A stretch of DNA of 63,817 nt, the filler included, from Rhabdomonas costata (lineage: Eukaryota): assembly GCA_019059605.1 (NCBI GenBank). It is 25 parts of 25 records of this genome, joined end to end, with 100 filler letters (N's around TTAATTAATTAA, not from the genome) between each part and the next. Parts side by side here need not be neighbours in the genome. Positions count along the whole stretch, not along the records: positions 38,379 to 40,835 come from JAHMHO010003325.1; positions 40,936 to 43,381 come from JAHMHO010003326.1; positions 43,482 to 45,937 come from JAHMHO010003327.1; positions 46,038 to 48,493 come from JAHMHO010003328.1; positions 48,594 to 51,049 come from JAHMHO010003329.1; positions 51,150 to 53,604 come from JAHMHO010003330.1; 19 more parts are not named here. One strand, 5' to 3'. The translations under genes were made by a program, and so were the position numbers. The notes beneath the pieces were generated by a model. That model made no database searches, was not told the DNA's origin, and saw only the letters and a program-made list of their open reading frames with translations. Below, piece after piece: positions 38,520-51,172 of this stretch (position 1 is the first letter of the stretch; the number at the start of each line of letters is the position of its first letter).

Positions 38520-40830
38520 ATAGCTGTACATATAGGAGTGTGGCGAAACGTCTAACCTGCTCATCGATTCCTACAAGATATTCCGCTAAGGACTCCTCAG
38601 AGGTGTGACCTTCAATGGCCACAGTGTCCTCCTGGTACTCGGGGATGGAAGGGGTTGGCTGGGGCGCGTGTTCTTTGTTGCGCAATTCTGCTCGCTCAGC
38701 GCACAAATCTCCTCTCCGCCAACATCCGCTGTGATTACTCTTTGGAGGAAGAGTTCTTCCTTGCGTTCCTGTAATGAGGGAGACGCGAGAAGTTACTCCG
38801 CGAGACATCTCTTCGATTGCCACGACGTTTTTGTGGTCACAGTCCATGGGAGAGGACTCACAAACGTTGGCAGTGACCGCTTGAACTATCGCCATTTCTT
38901 CAGGATACTACTGCAGAGGGCCACAATTCCGCGACAAAAGATCGAGGTGGAGCCTGAAGAGGAGAACCTAATGTGCTGTTGCTGTTGCTGTTGTCGCTCC
39001 AGTGGCTTGGAAATACTGTTGTCGTCCATCTCCTGTGGTTCACACACAGTCTTGAGGAGAAGAGTGTTGTTGCTGGGTGTAGAGTGGTGCGAGAAGATGC
39101 TTGCCGCTTCCGGTTTGGTGTGGGTACAATTCGCGACTTGGGGAACTCATTGGTCTTGCAGGACGGCTATCATGTGGCAGTCTCTGTGCTCTTGTGTGGC
39201 CTTTGCCTCAGTGTGAAGTGCAAAATTGTCTTCAGATACGCCGTCTTCTCTACGTTCTGATGGACGCGGACTGAGCTGGTGCTGCCGAAGACGAACACGA
39301 AGTTGCACTATCTCGAATCCCAAAAAATCTGAGGAAGCCGCTGTCCACAGCCGAGCCTATATCTCGTGCTATACGCTTCGATTCTGATTATTCTTTTCCG
39401 TGAGACTGCTGGAGCCACTTCCAGAATATGGGGAACCATCCTCGAAGTTCCTTGATTCGTATGTATGTTGAGTGTCACCAGTAGAACATGAAGCGACTCA
39501 GACAGACTGAACGAGTCTCCTAGAATATCCTCTGCAGATGGCGTTGCATAAAACGGTGGCCGCCGAGTCTTTCAAAATCTTTCATTTACGAACACGCTTC
39601 TTGGCAGTGCACAGGACGACACATCAACACGCCCACCAATTCTGAGGTGGGTCCACCCTACCGAGTTCAGTGTACTAAACGATACGATAGGGGTAGGGTT
39701 GAGCTTCTTCACAGTAGTAGACTGTGGTGTGGACTGCTTTTTCCAGTCCTCTTTGGTGTCGACGTACATGTTGACACCCAGGTACACCAACGAGTCCACT
39801 TCTCCGGTGACATTATAGTACATGCCTTAATATTCGTCGCAACTGTAGCTGCTTGTCTTTTTCCTTGAGGGTTTTCTCCACTGTCTGCAGCAGGCAAACT
39901 ATTGTCTTGTGCGCTTCGAATATCGGTTGCCGAGGTGGACCAGGATTGCACTCTTTGACGTGACGGGCGGGTTTGGATCTTGTTCCAGCAATAAATCTGA
40001 ACTTATTCTTTGTATTCAACCAAAATTCCGTAGTTGTACACCACAACATTGAAGTCTATTTCCTTGCAATCCACGTTCTCCAATGTCATGGTGTCCATGA
40101 ATCGAAGACCTTGTTGTCATAGAGGTACCTGGCTATTTATTGTTGATACCAGCGCTTTCAGACGACCGCCATGCCATCTGGAGCATTTTCATCCAGAAGA
40201 AAAACCAGATGCTCATGCTCTTTCCGAATTGCAGACTCTGGGCCCCTAAGAGTCCATGCATATCTTCAGGTCCTATAAGACTTGGTCTATATCGCTATAA
40301 ATGCGGATCTTACGGCCCTTCTTTTGTGTAGTACTAGATAGTACCAGTTGAGGTTGTTCGTGTCAATAGTGTTGACGTGGCCGAACTAATTCAAGTCAAT
40401 ACGCCTCGTGATTTAAGATACAGCTGCTGCACTTGCAATATTTGAAATCATCCTTCAGAGCTTTGCAGTGGCACAGTTCATGGAGGCCTTGACATAGTTG
40501 CTGAGGATGGCCTGCCACTGAGTTCAAAACCTGTCGCACACAATGATAGCCGCACCTACATCATGTTCTTGGTGTTTTATGTAAATGTCTCGCAGGACAC
40601 TGCGGAGGAGGACATGAGAGGCGTTTTTGTGACTGAAATCGAAATTCAGGAAATGCATGTTCATGGGTGGAGATCGGAGCCACTTGAGTTCATAGATGAT
40701 GGCGTTTCCACAGAAATCAGGTTATCCTTCATCTTCCTGGCTGTAACGTTTGCTTGAATCCAGTCAAGAATCTCTCGCAGCTTGTATTTGTTCCAGTAAT
40801 TCAGCTCCTGCATGGCCACTGCCCACTCAC
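38520..40830 (-). pseudogene. Decayed, apparently intronless long ORF (mobile-element-like or NTPase-like)
   Basis: Coding-like segments broken by stops and frameshifts across the whole contig, including a Walker-B-like 'HLVFLLDE' near 40190-40210. No clear pyrimidine-tract acceptors seen. Confidence 0.25.
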
Positions 40831-41637
40831 AAACANNNNNNNNNNNNNNNNNNNNNNNNNNNNNNNNNNNNNNNNNNNNTTAATTAATTAANNNNNNNNN
40901 NNNNNNNNNNNNNNNNNNNNNNNNNNNNNNNNNNNTGTGGTTGTTACTTCCATATTCAGGAGGGCGGCACCATCTCGTCCATCTGGGTCTGCTGGTACTC
41001 TCCAAGACCCATCTCCTGCAGGACGCTGTAGGTCTCACGCCTTGCGAGGCGGAGACTTTGCGAGCCTTCCGTCAGATGAACGGCTTTCTTGACTTTCAGC
41101 GGGCGGCAGCGTCCAAGAGAACAGCGTGCCTAACATTCTTCGACTCGGTGAGGTCAACTCTGGATGTGTGTGGTGGCTGAGGGTTCGGGCAGGCCTCGGG
41201 GTTGGCGCTGGGTCTTCCTCCATGTTGGCCGCCATGCCACGGGTGGAATGCCCGGGAATGAAAGCGGTACGGTACGTCAAACGTTTGTAGGTTGTCTTAA
41301 ACCATTGCGGAAAGTCCAAAAAGGACTTTGGATCCAAAATGCAAGCCTGGTTACACACCGTAAATCGAGAGTTTGCACCGTTGGGTATTCATGATATGAC
41401 AGCATATGCTACCAATGCCCAGCGGCATAAATACAGGCCAAAAAGGCTTCATTCGAAACGTACGGACTAAGTTCTCGATTTCGTATGGCATGCAATACAC
41501 GGTTGGTGACAGGAGTGCAAGTCCGACCCAGTTGGTAATACAATTGCATTCGAATTAATCACTATTCCTCACCCAAGGTGGGAAGAAACGTAAAAAACTA
41601 CGTTCACCGGGAACCGTCCATTTTGGCTACCCAATGG

Positions 41638-43025
41638 TCACAAGTCCAGCTCCAGTACCTGACCATCAAACGCAAGCTCAACGCTTGTCACCCTGCACGA
41701 GGGATCGGTGGCCCTACGGGCTTGAACCACCCCTCGCAGCGTCTCATTGACTGTGTCGTGGGCACCCACGTCGCAAAACATCCCCACAAAGTACGCCCGT
41801 GAGGGCTGCAACCTTCCGAGGGCAAAAGTGAAAACAAAACAAAGACCCCTGGCGCACACTGGGGCAATGTCGATGTGCCACATAACAGAGGTTCCTTCCA
41901 GAGTAAAAAGTAAAGAGCGAACGACAGTCTTCACTGAAACAAAACCACTTCCGGCGATGCCAACACCAAGTAGTTCTGGCTCTATCTCTGGCATAAGCAT
42001 GCGCAGCTCTGGTCAAAATTTAAGTATAGCTTAGCCGCGCAACATTCCATTTCTAAAAAGCGTATGCTGGTGTCCCACTTATGTTGGTTATGAATGGTTC
42101 ACACAAATGGAATGCCTGCTAATCTCGAGCTTAACCGACCAAGAAAATAGAACCGCAGAGTAACACAGCTGCTTGTCCCATCCCCTCACAAAAGAAGAAA
42201 TTCATTTCCATTTAGAAGCGCCCGTGGTGAATTGTGCCGCGGGGTGAACGGGCGAGCGCATATAAAAGACATACGCTGCCGACCTGAATACAAGGTCCAC
42301 AGATTGGTCATAGCAGAGATGGCTGAAATGAGTTCGTCCGGGGCCATGGAGACAATCCAAAACAAGCACATCGATCGGAAACCCTGTTAACCAGGCGGGA
42401 GGAAAAAAAACAGCAAACCTCGGAAACAACCTTAAAATGTAAAAGTAGTATTTTTCGTGTCTTCTCATAGAGGAAAGCAACCCGAGCAACCGACACTGCA
42501 TTTTCACATTTGGAAACAGCTACTGCTTGGCTTGACATGGCTGCGGTGCCCAATCTTGCACCAGGAAGCTAGTTCATGCCCACACGAGATACTTATAATG
42601 TAAGGTTGGCAAAATGCCTTGCAGGGGTCCCCCAGAGTGTCTTACCCTGTTTCAACCCAGCGTGAACCTTGAAGGAAGGACATCGTCCCTTCGGGAACCC
42701 GGTCGACGTCGGATAGGTACACCACCCGGCAGTTCCTCCCAAAGCTGAAGCCCAGGCTGACATACTGCCCACCATGGTACACGGGCAGCACCGTAAACTC
42801 CAGCCCGCAAATCTCCACCGGGGTGCTCGGGGCCAGCGTGTCGGAGACTGGGAGGACATGGAGCTGGAGCTGGGTGACCTTGCGCTCCAGAGGGCCCTCC
42901 GCCGCAGAGGCCTCAAGGATGTACGGGAAGATGGACGACAGGGTTTCCAAGGTTCGAGCGGAGAGGTAGGTGGGGATTTTCCGCAAGGCTTGGAAGGTCA
43001 ATCCCGTGGGACCTCGGTTGAATTC
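41638..43025 (-). CDS. PhnP-like metallo-beta-lactamase-fold hydrolase, last three exons
   Basis: Exons 43025-42668, 42383-42284 and 41812-41638 join in frame: 'IFPYIL', 'LPVYHG..SLGF..VVYLSDV', 'IDVLVLDCL..HFSH', 'YFVGM..H..VN..VELAFDGQVL*'. Confidence 0.92.
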
Positions 43026-43571
43026 CTGTGGGCCGGGGGTGAAAAGTAATACAGGCAAAGGAAAAAAGGAAGGAAGCAAAGTGCGTTTGTGCGCTGGTCA
43101 GTGATCTTGAATCTCACAGCGATGACACCACGGTCCACACTTTCCTATTTCGCGAGCTAAAAGGCTCCGTTCGAGTGGCACAGCAAGAGGCAAGTCCCAT
43201 CGTGCATGCTCGCTAAGTTTTCGGAAGCCAAGCTACTAGCATCACGTGGACTTCTGCTTGCCGAACCGTAAGCAAGCGGCGAATCGCGGTGAACCAAGCG
43301 CCACCTCGGGGCATATGCTGCTGAGAAAGTCCATTTTTTCTGTGGTAAAAAGAGCCCAAAACAACCCGCAACCACAACCACNNNNNNNNNNNNNNNNNNN
43401 NNNNNNNNNNNNNNNNNNNNNNNNNTTAATTAATTAANNNNNNNNNNNNNNNNNNNNNNNNNNNNNNNNNNNNNNNNNNNNATGGTTTTTGGTAAATTTT
43501 CGTGATTTTCTTGCCCCATTGGATCACCCTCACTCCTGCCTACCGTGGGCTACAAATGACCCCGGAAATGA

Positions 43572-45937
43572 TCAAAGGGCATGGGGTGAGGGGACAAATA
43601 CCACAATTTTCCGAGCGCAAAGGCGGTGAACCGGCTCACTGGTCTCCCCAGTGTAAATCGGCTTCAGGTAGTAGTCATACTCTACCTTCTGCTTGATGGA
43701 CGCGTCGATCATCACGGGCATTCCAAAAGCAAAGTTCGGAGCTGAGGGGTTTAAGCCATTCACGTCAGACAGCCCAGCGGCAGCAGCAACTGCGGCGTTC
43801 GAGAAAGACGCAAAGGGCGGCTCGCCCTGAACCGCTGCGATGCCTAGACCCACGCAGAGAGTGCACGGGTTGGTCTTCCAGAGGTTATCGCAAATAGCAC
43901 AGGCGGAGCTCACGGCGGTCGAGACATCTCCAAATAAAACAGCGAGGCGGAGCTTGCTGAGAAACGAATAATGGCAAATTCATCCCTAAAATTGATGCAT
44001 CAGTAGCGGCATTACTTCAGGAGCTCACAACAGGCTTGAACAGCTTTCTTGAGGAAGACCGGAAATTATCAATACGCATGAATTCTAGCAACATACGCCT
44101 ACACGTCTGAGTCCCTGGCTGACAGGTCATTTCAACCTCACTACACTTGAAAAACGATGCGGGAAAGACGAGAAGCAGCAAGCACCCTGCACTGCTGTTC
44201 TGCAGCACGACTGGAGAGCCACGGTCTTGACGAAGCGCGGATGAGATAACCAGAAGATCCCGCGCAAAGGAGGCGTTGAAAGCGCAAACACTTGCCTCGT
44301 CAAGATCCCGAAAATCTTCTGCCCCTTCAACCCCACAAATCCGGTAATTGGGAAGGTCCCTGAGCAAATCCTCTTCGGAGAAGGAAACCGATGAGGTCAA
44401 AGATAGGCGTGAATATACTCTGCGACCCTGAATTGGCGGATTCCATGTGACAACAACTGCACAGTTGGTGTGAGCGATGCCTCTGCGACAGGCAGCAAGC
44501 CTGGACGGTGCTAATGAAGGTCGTTTAGTTGAGGAAAGTTTCACAGCAGAAAGCGTAGAGCGCCGTCTGTCCTCGGCGGCGTCTGTGTGAAGCGAGGTGC
44601 TAGCAGTTATTCCCGTAGGGGACGCCTCGATTTGCGAGGCGTGACGCGAGACTATGGGACGGCGGAAGCTGGATGTCATAGATCTATGGCTGGATGCCAA
44701 GGAGGTTCTGCCATCAATTGAGCGAGACATTCGTGCCCTGAAGACAAGCTCAGGATGAACATCAGCAGGAAAATCAGCCATGGCAAATCGGGGGACCGAA
44801 GAACCGAAGCAGATACAGTTGATCAGACAGGGTTGTAGCATGGCTTCCAGTTCATCGACTGAACCCGAATCCAGGGAGTGAATGCCCTTCTGGGAGCATT
44901 CCACAACAGGCCGCATCGTAGCTGACATCCGAAAGGCACAGGGGAAGTTATACGTCGAAAGCGGGAGCCTCAAAAGCAACTGTCCGATTGCGTGGGCGAC
45001 ATTATGAGTGACTTCAGCACGTTCAGGATCAGGTTGGTCTTCGGCAAAGTGGAGAAGAATAATCATGGCAGGGCTTCCATCCCGAAGAGAGAGGTAAACT
45101 ATGGATGAAGTGTGTGTGAGAACACAGAGGAGTTTCTGAACAGCGGTAACAAGGGAAGCAAAGTCAGAGAGGGCGGCGCCAATCCTGGAAGCACTGGTCA
45201 TTGCGGTTGTCAAGGCGAGCGAATGAACGCACAATAGCCCAGCTCGGCGGTGGACAACGGTGTGGTTGGGCGAAGACAAGAGCCGCTCAGGCATGCAGGC
45301 GGAAATCACAAGTCGCTGCTGTTCGGTCTCCAAATAAGCCCTGTTCGAATCAAGCAAAGCCTTGTAGAAGAGCCGCACAAGGATTTCCATTGCAACCATG
45401 TATCCAAGCAAACAAACGCCAAAACCAATTTCGAGAAGGTCGAAGTTGTGTAAAAGCACGCTGGCCAGAACGGTGTGAACGGTGACCAGCAATACCATCA
45501 TTCCAGCCCGAGCTGAAGTCGATATAAACATTGGTACCACAGCGGCGCAGAATAGAAGAGCGAACAGCACGAAATAGGTCATGTCATGCAAAGTGCTCAG
45601 GCAGAGCTTGTTGTCAAAATGAGAATACTGCGACTTGCCATAGAGGAAGGTCGAGACATAGTCCTTCCAATTCCCCACATCCGAAAGATTGGGCTGAATG
45701 TAGATGGAGACAATGCAGGCGCAGTAATGAATGCACATGGCAACGAAAAGGGGAATTACACTTCGCTTCACGGCACAACCATTTCCTTGTCGAACTGCAC
45801 GGTAAAGACGATAGGTAAAAAAGATGCTGCAAGCAAAGACTCCACCGTGAGCGACCGACCAAGGGGTCATTCCTGACACGGATCGAAACTGGCAGGGTTG
45901 AATGACGAAAACGAAGGCAATGACGGTCCACACACCA
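43572..45937 (-). CDS. Multi-pass membrane protein with degenerate class III cyclase-like domains (partial)
   Basis: 638-aa uninterrupted ORF 45933-44017 with ~6-7 TM helices, then 'EQQRLVISACMPERLL' (pre-cyclase LL..LP-like motif). The downstream frame 43913-43572 'LCVGLG..VQG..F..AAVAAAAGL' resembles a cyclase C-terminal half. Confidence 0.6.
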
Positions 45938-46453
45938 NNNNNNNNNNNNNNNNNNNNNNNNNNNNNNNNNNNNNNNNNNNNTTAATTAATTAANNNNNNN
46001 NNNNNNNNNNNNNNNNNNNNNNNNNNNNNNNNNNNNNTGTGGGTGGGGGGGGTTAAACGGTCGGTGCGTTACAACATTAGAGGTTTTTTGTTTTGTTTTG
46101 GGGTACCTTTTCTTTTCACCTAAATTTGCTTCGAATGGACAGCTGAGGTGAATGATTGCTTAAAATCCCCGAAAATTCATTATTTGGTTTCTATCAGGAC
46201 AACGGCAGGCAACACTCACTCAAGGGGCTGGGCTGCCTGGGATGCCCTCAAAAGCCGACGGGTTTTATAATAAGTTCACAATGGCACCCAACGGGGTAAA
46301 GCTGACAATATGTTAGATAATGTGCGCGTCTGACGAAGCCAGCCAGCTGAATTTGCGAAAATTTTGTGTTAACCTAAAACTCGACGCTCAAAGAACCTGC
46401 AAGGTTTCGATCACACCAGCAAGTCACAGGACACACGAAAGAGTTGTGCAAAC

Positions 46454-47177
46454 CGATCGGACGCTTCCTCGATGGTACTGATTCCCTGGAGAAGAGTGCG
46501 CAGCTCTGTGAATAATCCATTGACGACTTGTCGAACTTTGTCTCGATTTTCTTGGGGGACCAGCTCCTGAGAATATACAAAAATACAGAAGACAAAATGT
46601 TTGAAGGTCACGTTGAGTACGTGATGAAGAAACAACGCTGACACTCGCTTTCTTTATGAAGGTTTTCAGGTGTCCGTAAACACCTAAACACGAGGAGAAG
46701 GGTCCTTACCTCTCGGTCGCTATCTGTGAGCAGATGGAGAAAGATCGCAAAAAGCAGCAGCCTTGCAGCGGCTCGGTTGCTGCCGAAAATGCGCTCAGCG
46801 AGCGAAGACATGGTGCTTTGACGGTATCCGAGGGCGCAAATACCTCAACAACGACCATTTGCACTCGGCAAAGCTTGTCAAAAGCAGCGGAGTAGTCCTG
46901 CTTCGAGCGGGCCAATTCGATGAGATTAATCAGCCCGTCCGTAGTCTTACCCATGGCTGAAACCACCACCGCCATCGGGCAGCCATCAGGGGAAGGGAAC
47001 CTGAGAGGACACAGGAAAAAGGAGCCCCCAGCCCCAGACAAGAAGTTTGGCGACTTCAAATCCATGTCCAGATGTGTACCTTCGGTATCGTTCCACCAAA
47101 ATGCGCCGAATCTTCAAGATAGACTCAGGAGTGGCCACCGAGCTTCCGCCAAACTTGTGAACCTCGAGAATGGGCAT
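46454..47177 (-). CDS. Aspartokinase (probably bifunctional AK-HSDH, ThrA-like), first three exons
   Basis: Exons 47177-47080, 47000-46844 and 46566-46454 join in frame: 'VHKFGGSSV', 'AVVVSAMGKTTDGLI', 'ELRTLLQGISTIEEASDR'. Confidence 0.92.
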
Positions 47178-47199
47178 CTTACGCAAATCAAAAGCAGCA

Positions 47200-47270
47200 C
47201 TGCGTAGGGCAAGGTATTTCTCAGGGAAAAAGAAATGGAAAGGGAGAGAGATTTAGAGAGATTTAGAGAC
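47200..47270 (-). promoter_or_regulatory. Polypyrimidine tract plus CAG acceptor 22 nt upstream of the aspartokinase ATG (candidate SL trans-splice site)
   Basis: Minus strand reads ..tctctaaatctctctccctttccatttctttttccctgagaaataccttgccctacgCAG|tgctgcttttgatttgcgtaagATG. Confidence 0.5.
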
Positions 47271-48763
47271 TTTTTGCACGCTTCTTTCCTGGTATCCTGG
47301 GAGAGCAATCATGACGGCACACGGCATGGCCACGATGGCGCCAAGGGGGTCGATGGCGTATCACGGCGTTTCCGTTCCGTCACACGCCCAACTTACACTT
47401 ATGGAAGAGCACTCGTGTCTGTGTGGCCAAAGCAAACGGGAAGGGTTCTTTGTGTTTCAAACTGATGTGCTCGGAGAAAGTACAAAAACGACGCTCACCA
47501 ACCTCAAATTTACTTTTGAAACACTGTGTTCGGAAAAGAGTGGCTTCAGGTCGATGGATGCTTTGATCTAATTCCGCCAAATGAAGCTAGATGACGTTGA
47601 CATTCCTAACTTGTCTCATGCCCTTTTTTGGAAAAAAAAAAATTGTTCGTCCACGTTTTTCTTTGCATTTTTTGCAAGAGTTTTGCAGTTATTTGTAAAA
47701 CTGGAAGGGCGTCTTTCTTTGAGCCGGATGGGGTTGATTCCTGCCCCGCCAAAAACGCTTTCAGCAGACGGCAGGTGACGGCAGCTGCAAAGCAGACGAA
47801 GCAGACGAACAAAGCGCTCGAGAGAAAGAACCTTTTTAACTGGATTTCACCACACCACGTTCGGTTGCACGATATTTTGGGAATTATGGAGAACAAACCG
47901 CGCCGAAACTTCGTAGGCCCCGCACAATGCCACCTTCCCTCTCCAAGATATCCCCCCAAAAAACGGAATCTGGCGCACATTAAAAAGAACACCAGGCAAA
48001 AAAGAACGAGCGAGCAAAACACCACCCTCTAAACACGCCCCAACCTTGGATTATATGGAAATAATGAAACTGCAGTGCATTCCCACTAGGTCCACAGGGG
48101 TCGATAGCTGAAGCTACGGAAAGGAAATTGCCCCAAGGACCGGCCACGCAGCGTTTCGGAAATCCTGCTGACCCCAGGCCTGCTTCGGCTTAGCCCCAGC
48201 AAACAGGTCCCCGTAAAAAAAGTGAATTAAACTGAAATTCCTCACCACCCACGCTCCATCCCGGTCAACCAAGCAATTTCTGGGCACACAGAACATCGGT
48301 GACTTAGGGATGCCCCAACAATCGGGAAGTCGCAGTTCGCAATCCGCCGCCGCCTGCAGCCCAAAACTCGCCGGATCACTATATCACTGGATTGGATTAT
48401 ATTTTTGAATGTGAGGACGTTTCATACCAAAAATCTGTGTTTTTTTAACGCTGTCGATTTAGAGGCCGGATATTTCCTGGTAGCAAATAGCTGNNNNNNN
48501 NNNNNNNNNNNNNNNNNNNNNNNNNNNNNNNNNNNNNTTAATTAATTAANNNNNNNNNNNNNNNNNNNNNNNNNNNNNNNNNNNNNNNNNNNNGGGGTGG
48601 GTGGTGAGCAGACCAACTTACCGGGGTGACTTTGATGGGAAGTAGTGATTCCCATCTGACAGAAATGAGCTCAAGGAGTACGATACTATTGTTAATATTG
48701 ACAGTTCGGTTAGGGCTCGTGCCGCTCTCTTCTTCAGTCTTCTGTGTATTTTCTCATTAAAAA

Positions 48764-49532
48764 ATGGCGAACTATCTTCGCGGAGGCTCTCTGGTGCTGT
48801 TCGCCCTGCTGGTGAGTCTGTGGGGGGTCGGCGCAGGTTCGTGTGAGTCGACCCACGGCCAGCCAGACTTTTTTCGAGAAAAATTCAGGAAACGCTAATT
48901 TCATTTCGAATGTAGAAGTTGATGCAGTTGTGTTTGCTACGAGATGCAACGTTGATGGGTTTTAGTTGAAGTTGTCTCCCAACGCTTTGTGATGGCCAAA
49001 AAGACTGGTTCCGTTTGCATTTATATGTATGCCACTGACAAAGCACTAAAGCATTGGTTGGAAAAATTCGCAATACTTCCAGCATTTCAATCGTAAAGCA
49101 ATGAAATAAATATCGGCATCCAAAAGAGTAAAATTAGGAAACTCTGCGAGAACCTGGCCGAAGAGCCAAAGTTATGGCTTCAAGGGGAGACCCGTAGGGA
49201 GGGGTTAAAAGCACAAGCAACAGCGTGATATACTAAAGCAACCCCCCACACACACATCAGATAACTTTGAATATGCCCAAACTGGTAGTGAAGATCCCGC
49301 CGTCATGTCGTAATTGACCACCTCTGCCGTGGTAGTGGAGACAGCTCATCAAAAACGAGCGAGTTGGAGTTGGAATTTTGTCGGCGTGCATTTCAGTGGT
49401 GTTTTTTTTGTTCAGACGTCTCCAACGCGACCTGCGGCAATACAGGCTTCGTGTGCCCCGTGGTGTATGGCGCTTCCAAATCCGCCACCGCATGCTCCTC
49501 GTCGACCTGCACCCAAGCCGAGTGCTGCACAG
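48764..49532 (+). CDS. Secreted or surface Cys-rich repeat protein, first two exons
   Basis: Exon 48764-48836 encodes signal peptide MANYLRGGSLVLFALLVSLWGVGA (phase 1). Exon 49416-49532 encodes DVSNATCGNTGFVCP..CSSSTCTQAECCT (phase 1-1, 117 nt). Confidence 0.7.
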
Positions 49533-50815
49533 GTTGTGGATTCTGGGCTGTGGGTGGAGCGAGGCGGTTTCCCAGTACCCTCTAGATCAAGAGATACCAG
49601 ATGATCTTAGTTTGCCAAAAGGGGCCAGGCATACGGTGCCAGTCACCCCTAGTCGACGATTTTTCAATTAAAAATGTTCGACCGCTTATCACTTACGTTT
49701 TAGGTTTCAACGTTCAATTCCCCTAATGCCGTGGCTAAACTGGATGTGCCTTCTGCATGGAGGTGCTAGACACAGAGGGTACGCCGTGCCCAAGCGCTGC
49801 AGATTTGGTCCAAAATTTGGGCGAGTATTGTTGGCCAACGCAGCGGGGAGGAATGCTGTTTATGGTGTTTCAGCAGCTCGACCTTTTTGGGAGTCTGTAC
49901 CCAGCTGCTCTTCTTTCTCCTGCTGCGTCCCTTCCTCCTCAGTTTCTCGGGCGTACCAAGCCACCGCCTATGTCAAGATGGTCATTGCTTGGGTATGTGC
50001 ATCCTTCTCCTCCTCCACTTACTTGGTCTTGCTGCTATTAACTTCACAATAGGTTTTTCTGCAAGTCTCAAGGTCTGCAAGGTTCAAGGCAAGGGTTGTC
50101 GTTTGCTTTCCATGTGGTCGCTATCGGACAATGCCTATCAGTTTTCTATCGTCAATCGTTTCTCGCTTTGTCGCTTGCTAATGTTTTTGCTTGCTGACAT
50201 ACCTATAGCTGTGGTGGCCTTGAGTTACTCTTTGGGACGACACAGACACAGAGTCCTGCTTTGGTGGGGTTTGGTGACTGTGACATTGGCTGTGTTTGGC
50301 TCGATGGTGTGCGTGAAATTTCTTGGAGGCTTTGACGTGTTCGTTGGTGGTTTCGAGGTTCAATGCTGGGTATTTTTGTGAGCACTTGGATTGGGGCAGT
50401 TTGGGATGGGTTTTGCTTTGGTTGGTTCACTGGTAGTTGCTGCCTGAAGGTGGGTGTATTGCTTTTGGTTCACTCGTGGCCTCAACCCTCACTTGGCATG
50501 AGCAGGCATCTTTCGGTCGCGGCATCCCGGGGGCATCCCTGGGTAGACATGGCCTTTTATCGATAGTTGCCATCCAGCCCACCTCCATGTTTGTCGGTCG
50601 GCTTCAGTTTTGAGGGGTTGATTTGCACGCAGGGCGGTGTGGCCTCACCCTTCTTATGTATGTTCCTCAGCATCTCCGAGCTCCTAAAATATTGACCCGC
50701 GGGATGTGCGCCTCATTCTGAAACTGTCTGAGAACTAAGAATTTTTGCCCTGGGAGACGCGTTGAGTTTCGTCCAGCCAGCTGGGGATAAACCAGTATGG
50801 GATTCCCTCCCTCAC

Positions 50816-51044
50816 ACCAAGCCTTTGAGTTTGGAGTTTACCCCACGGCACTGTCTGCTCGCGAGCATGACCAACGGCGCGTGTGCCCGTCAGTCCACAC
50901 TGGTTCACCAACAGTCAGTCAGCAACAGCCAGCGCGCTGTGCGCCCAACACAAACCAAGCCTTTGGAGTTTACCCCACGGCACTGTCTGCTCGCGAGCAT
51001 GACCAACGGCGCGTGTGCCCGTCAGTCCACACTGGTTCACCAAC
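50816..51044 (+). repeat. Tandem direct repeat, ~132-bp period, two copies
   Basis: An identical ~83-bp core (tttggagtttaccccacgg...ggttcaccaaca) at ~50830 and ~50962, truncated by the contig end. Confidence 0.9.
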
Positions 51045-51172
51045 ACACANNNNNNNNNNNNNNNNNNNNNNNNNNNNNNNNNNNNNNNNNNNNTTAATTA
51101 ATTAANNNNNNNNNNNNNNNNNNNNNNNNNNNNNNNNNNNNNNNNNNNNGGGTTTGTGGAGGGGGCCCCCAC

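Noticed and set aside
40936-41420. Possible retroelement fragment
   Set aside because: Looks like decayed coding sequence, but no RT or endonuclease motif could be identified.
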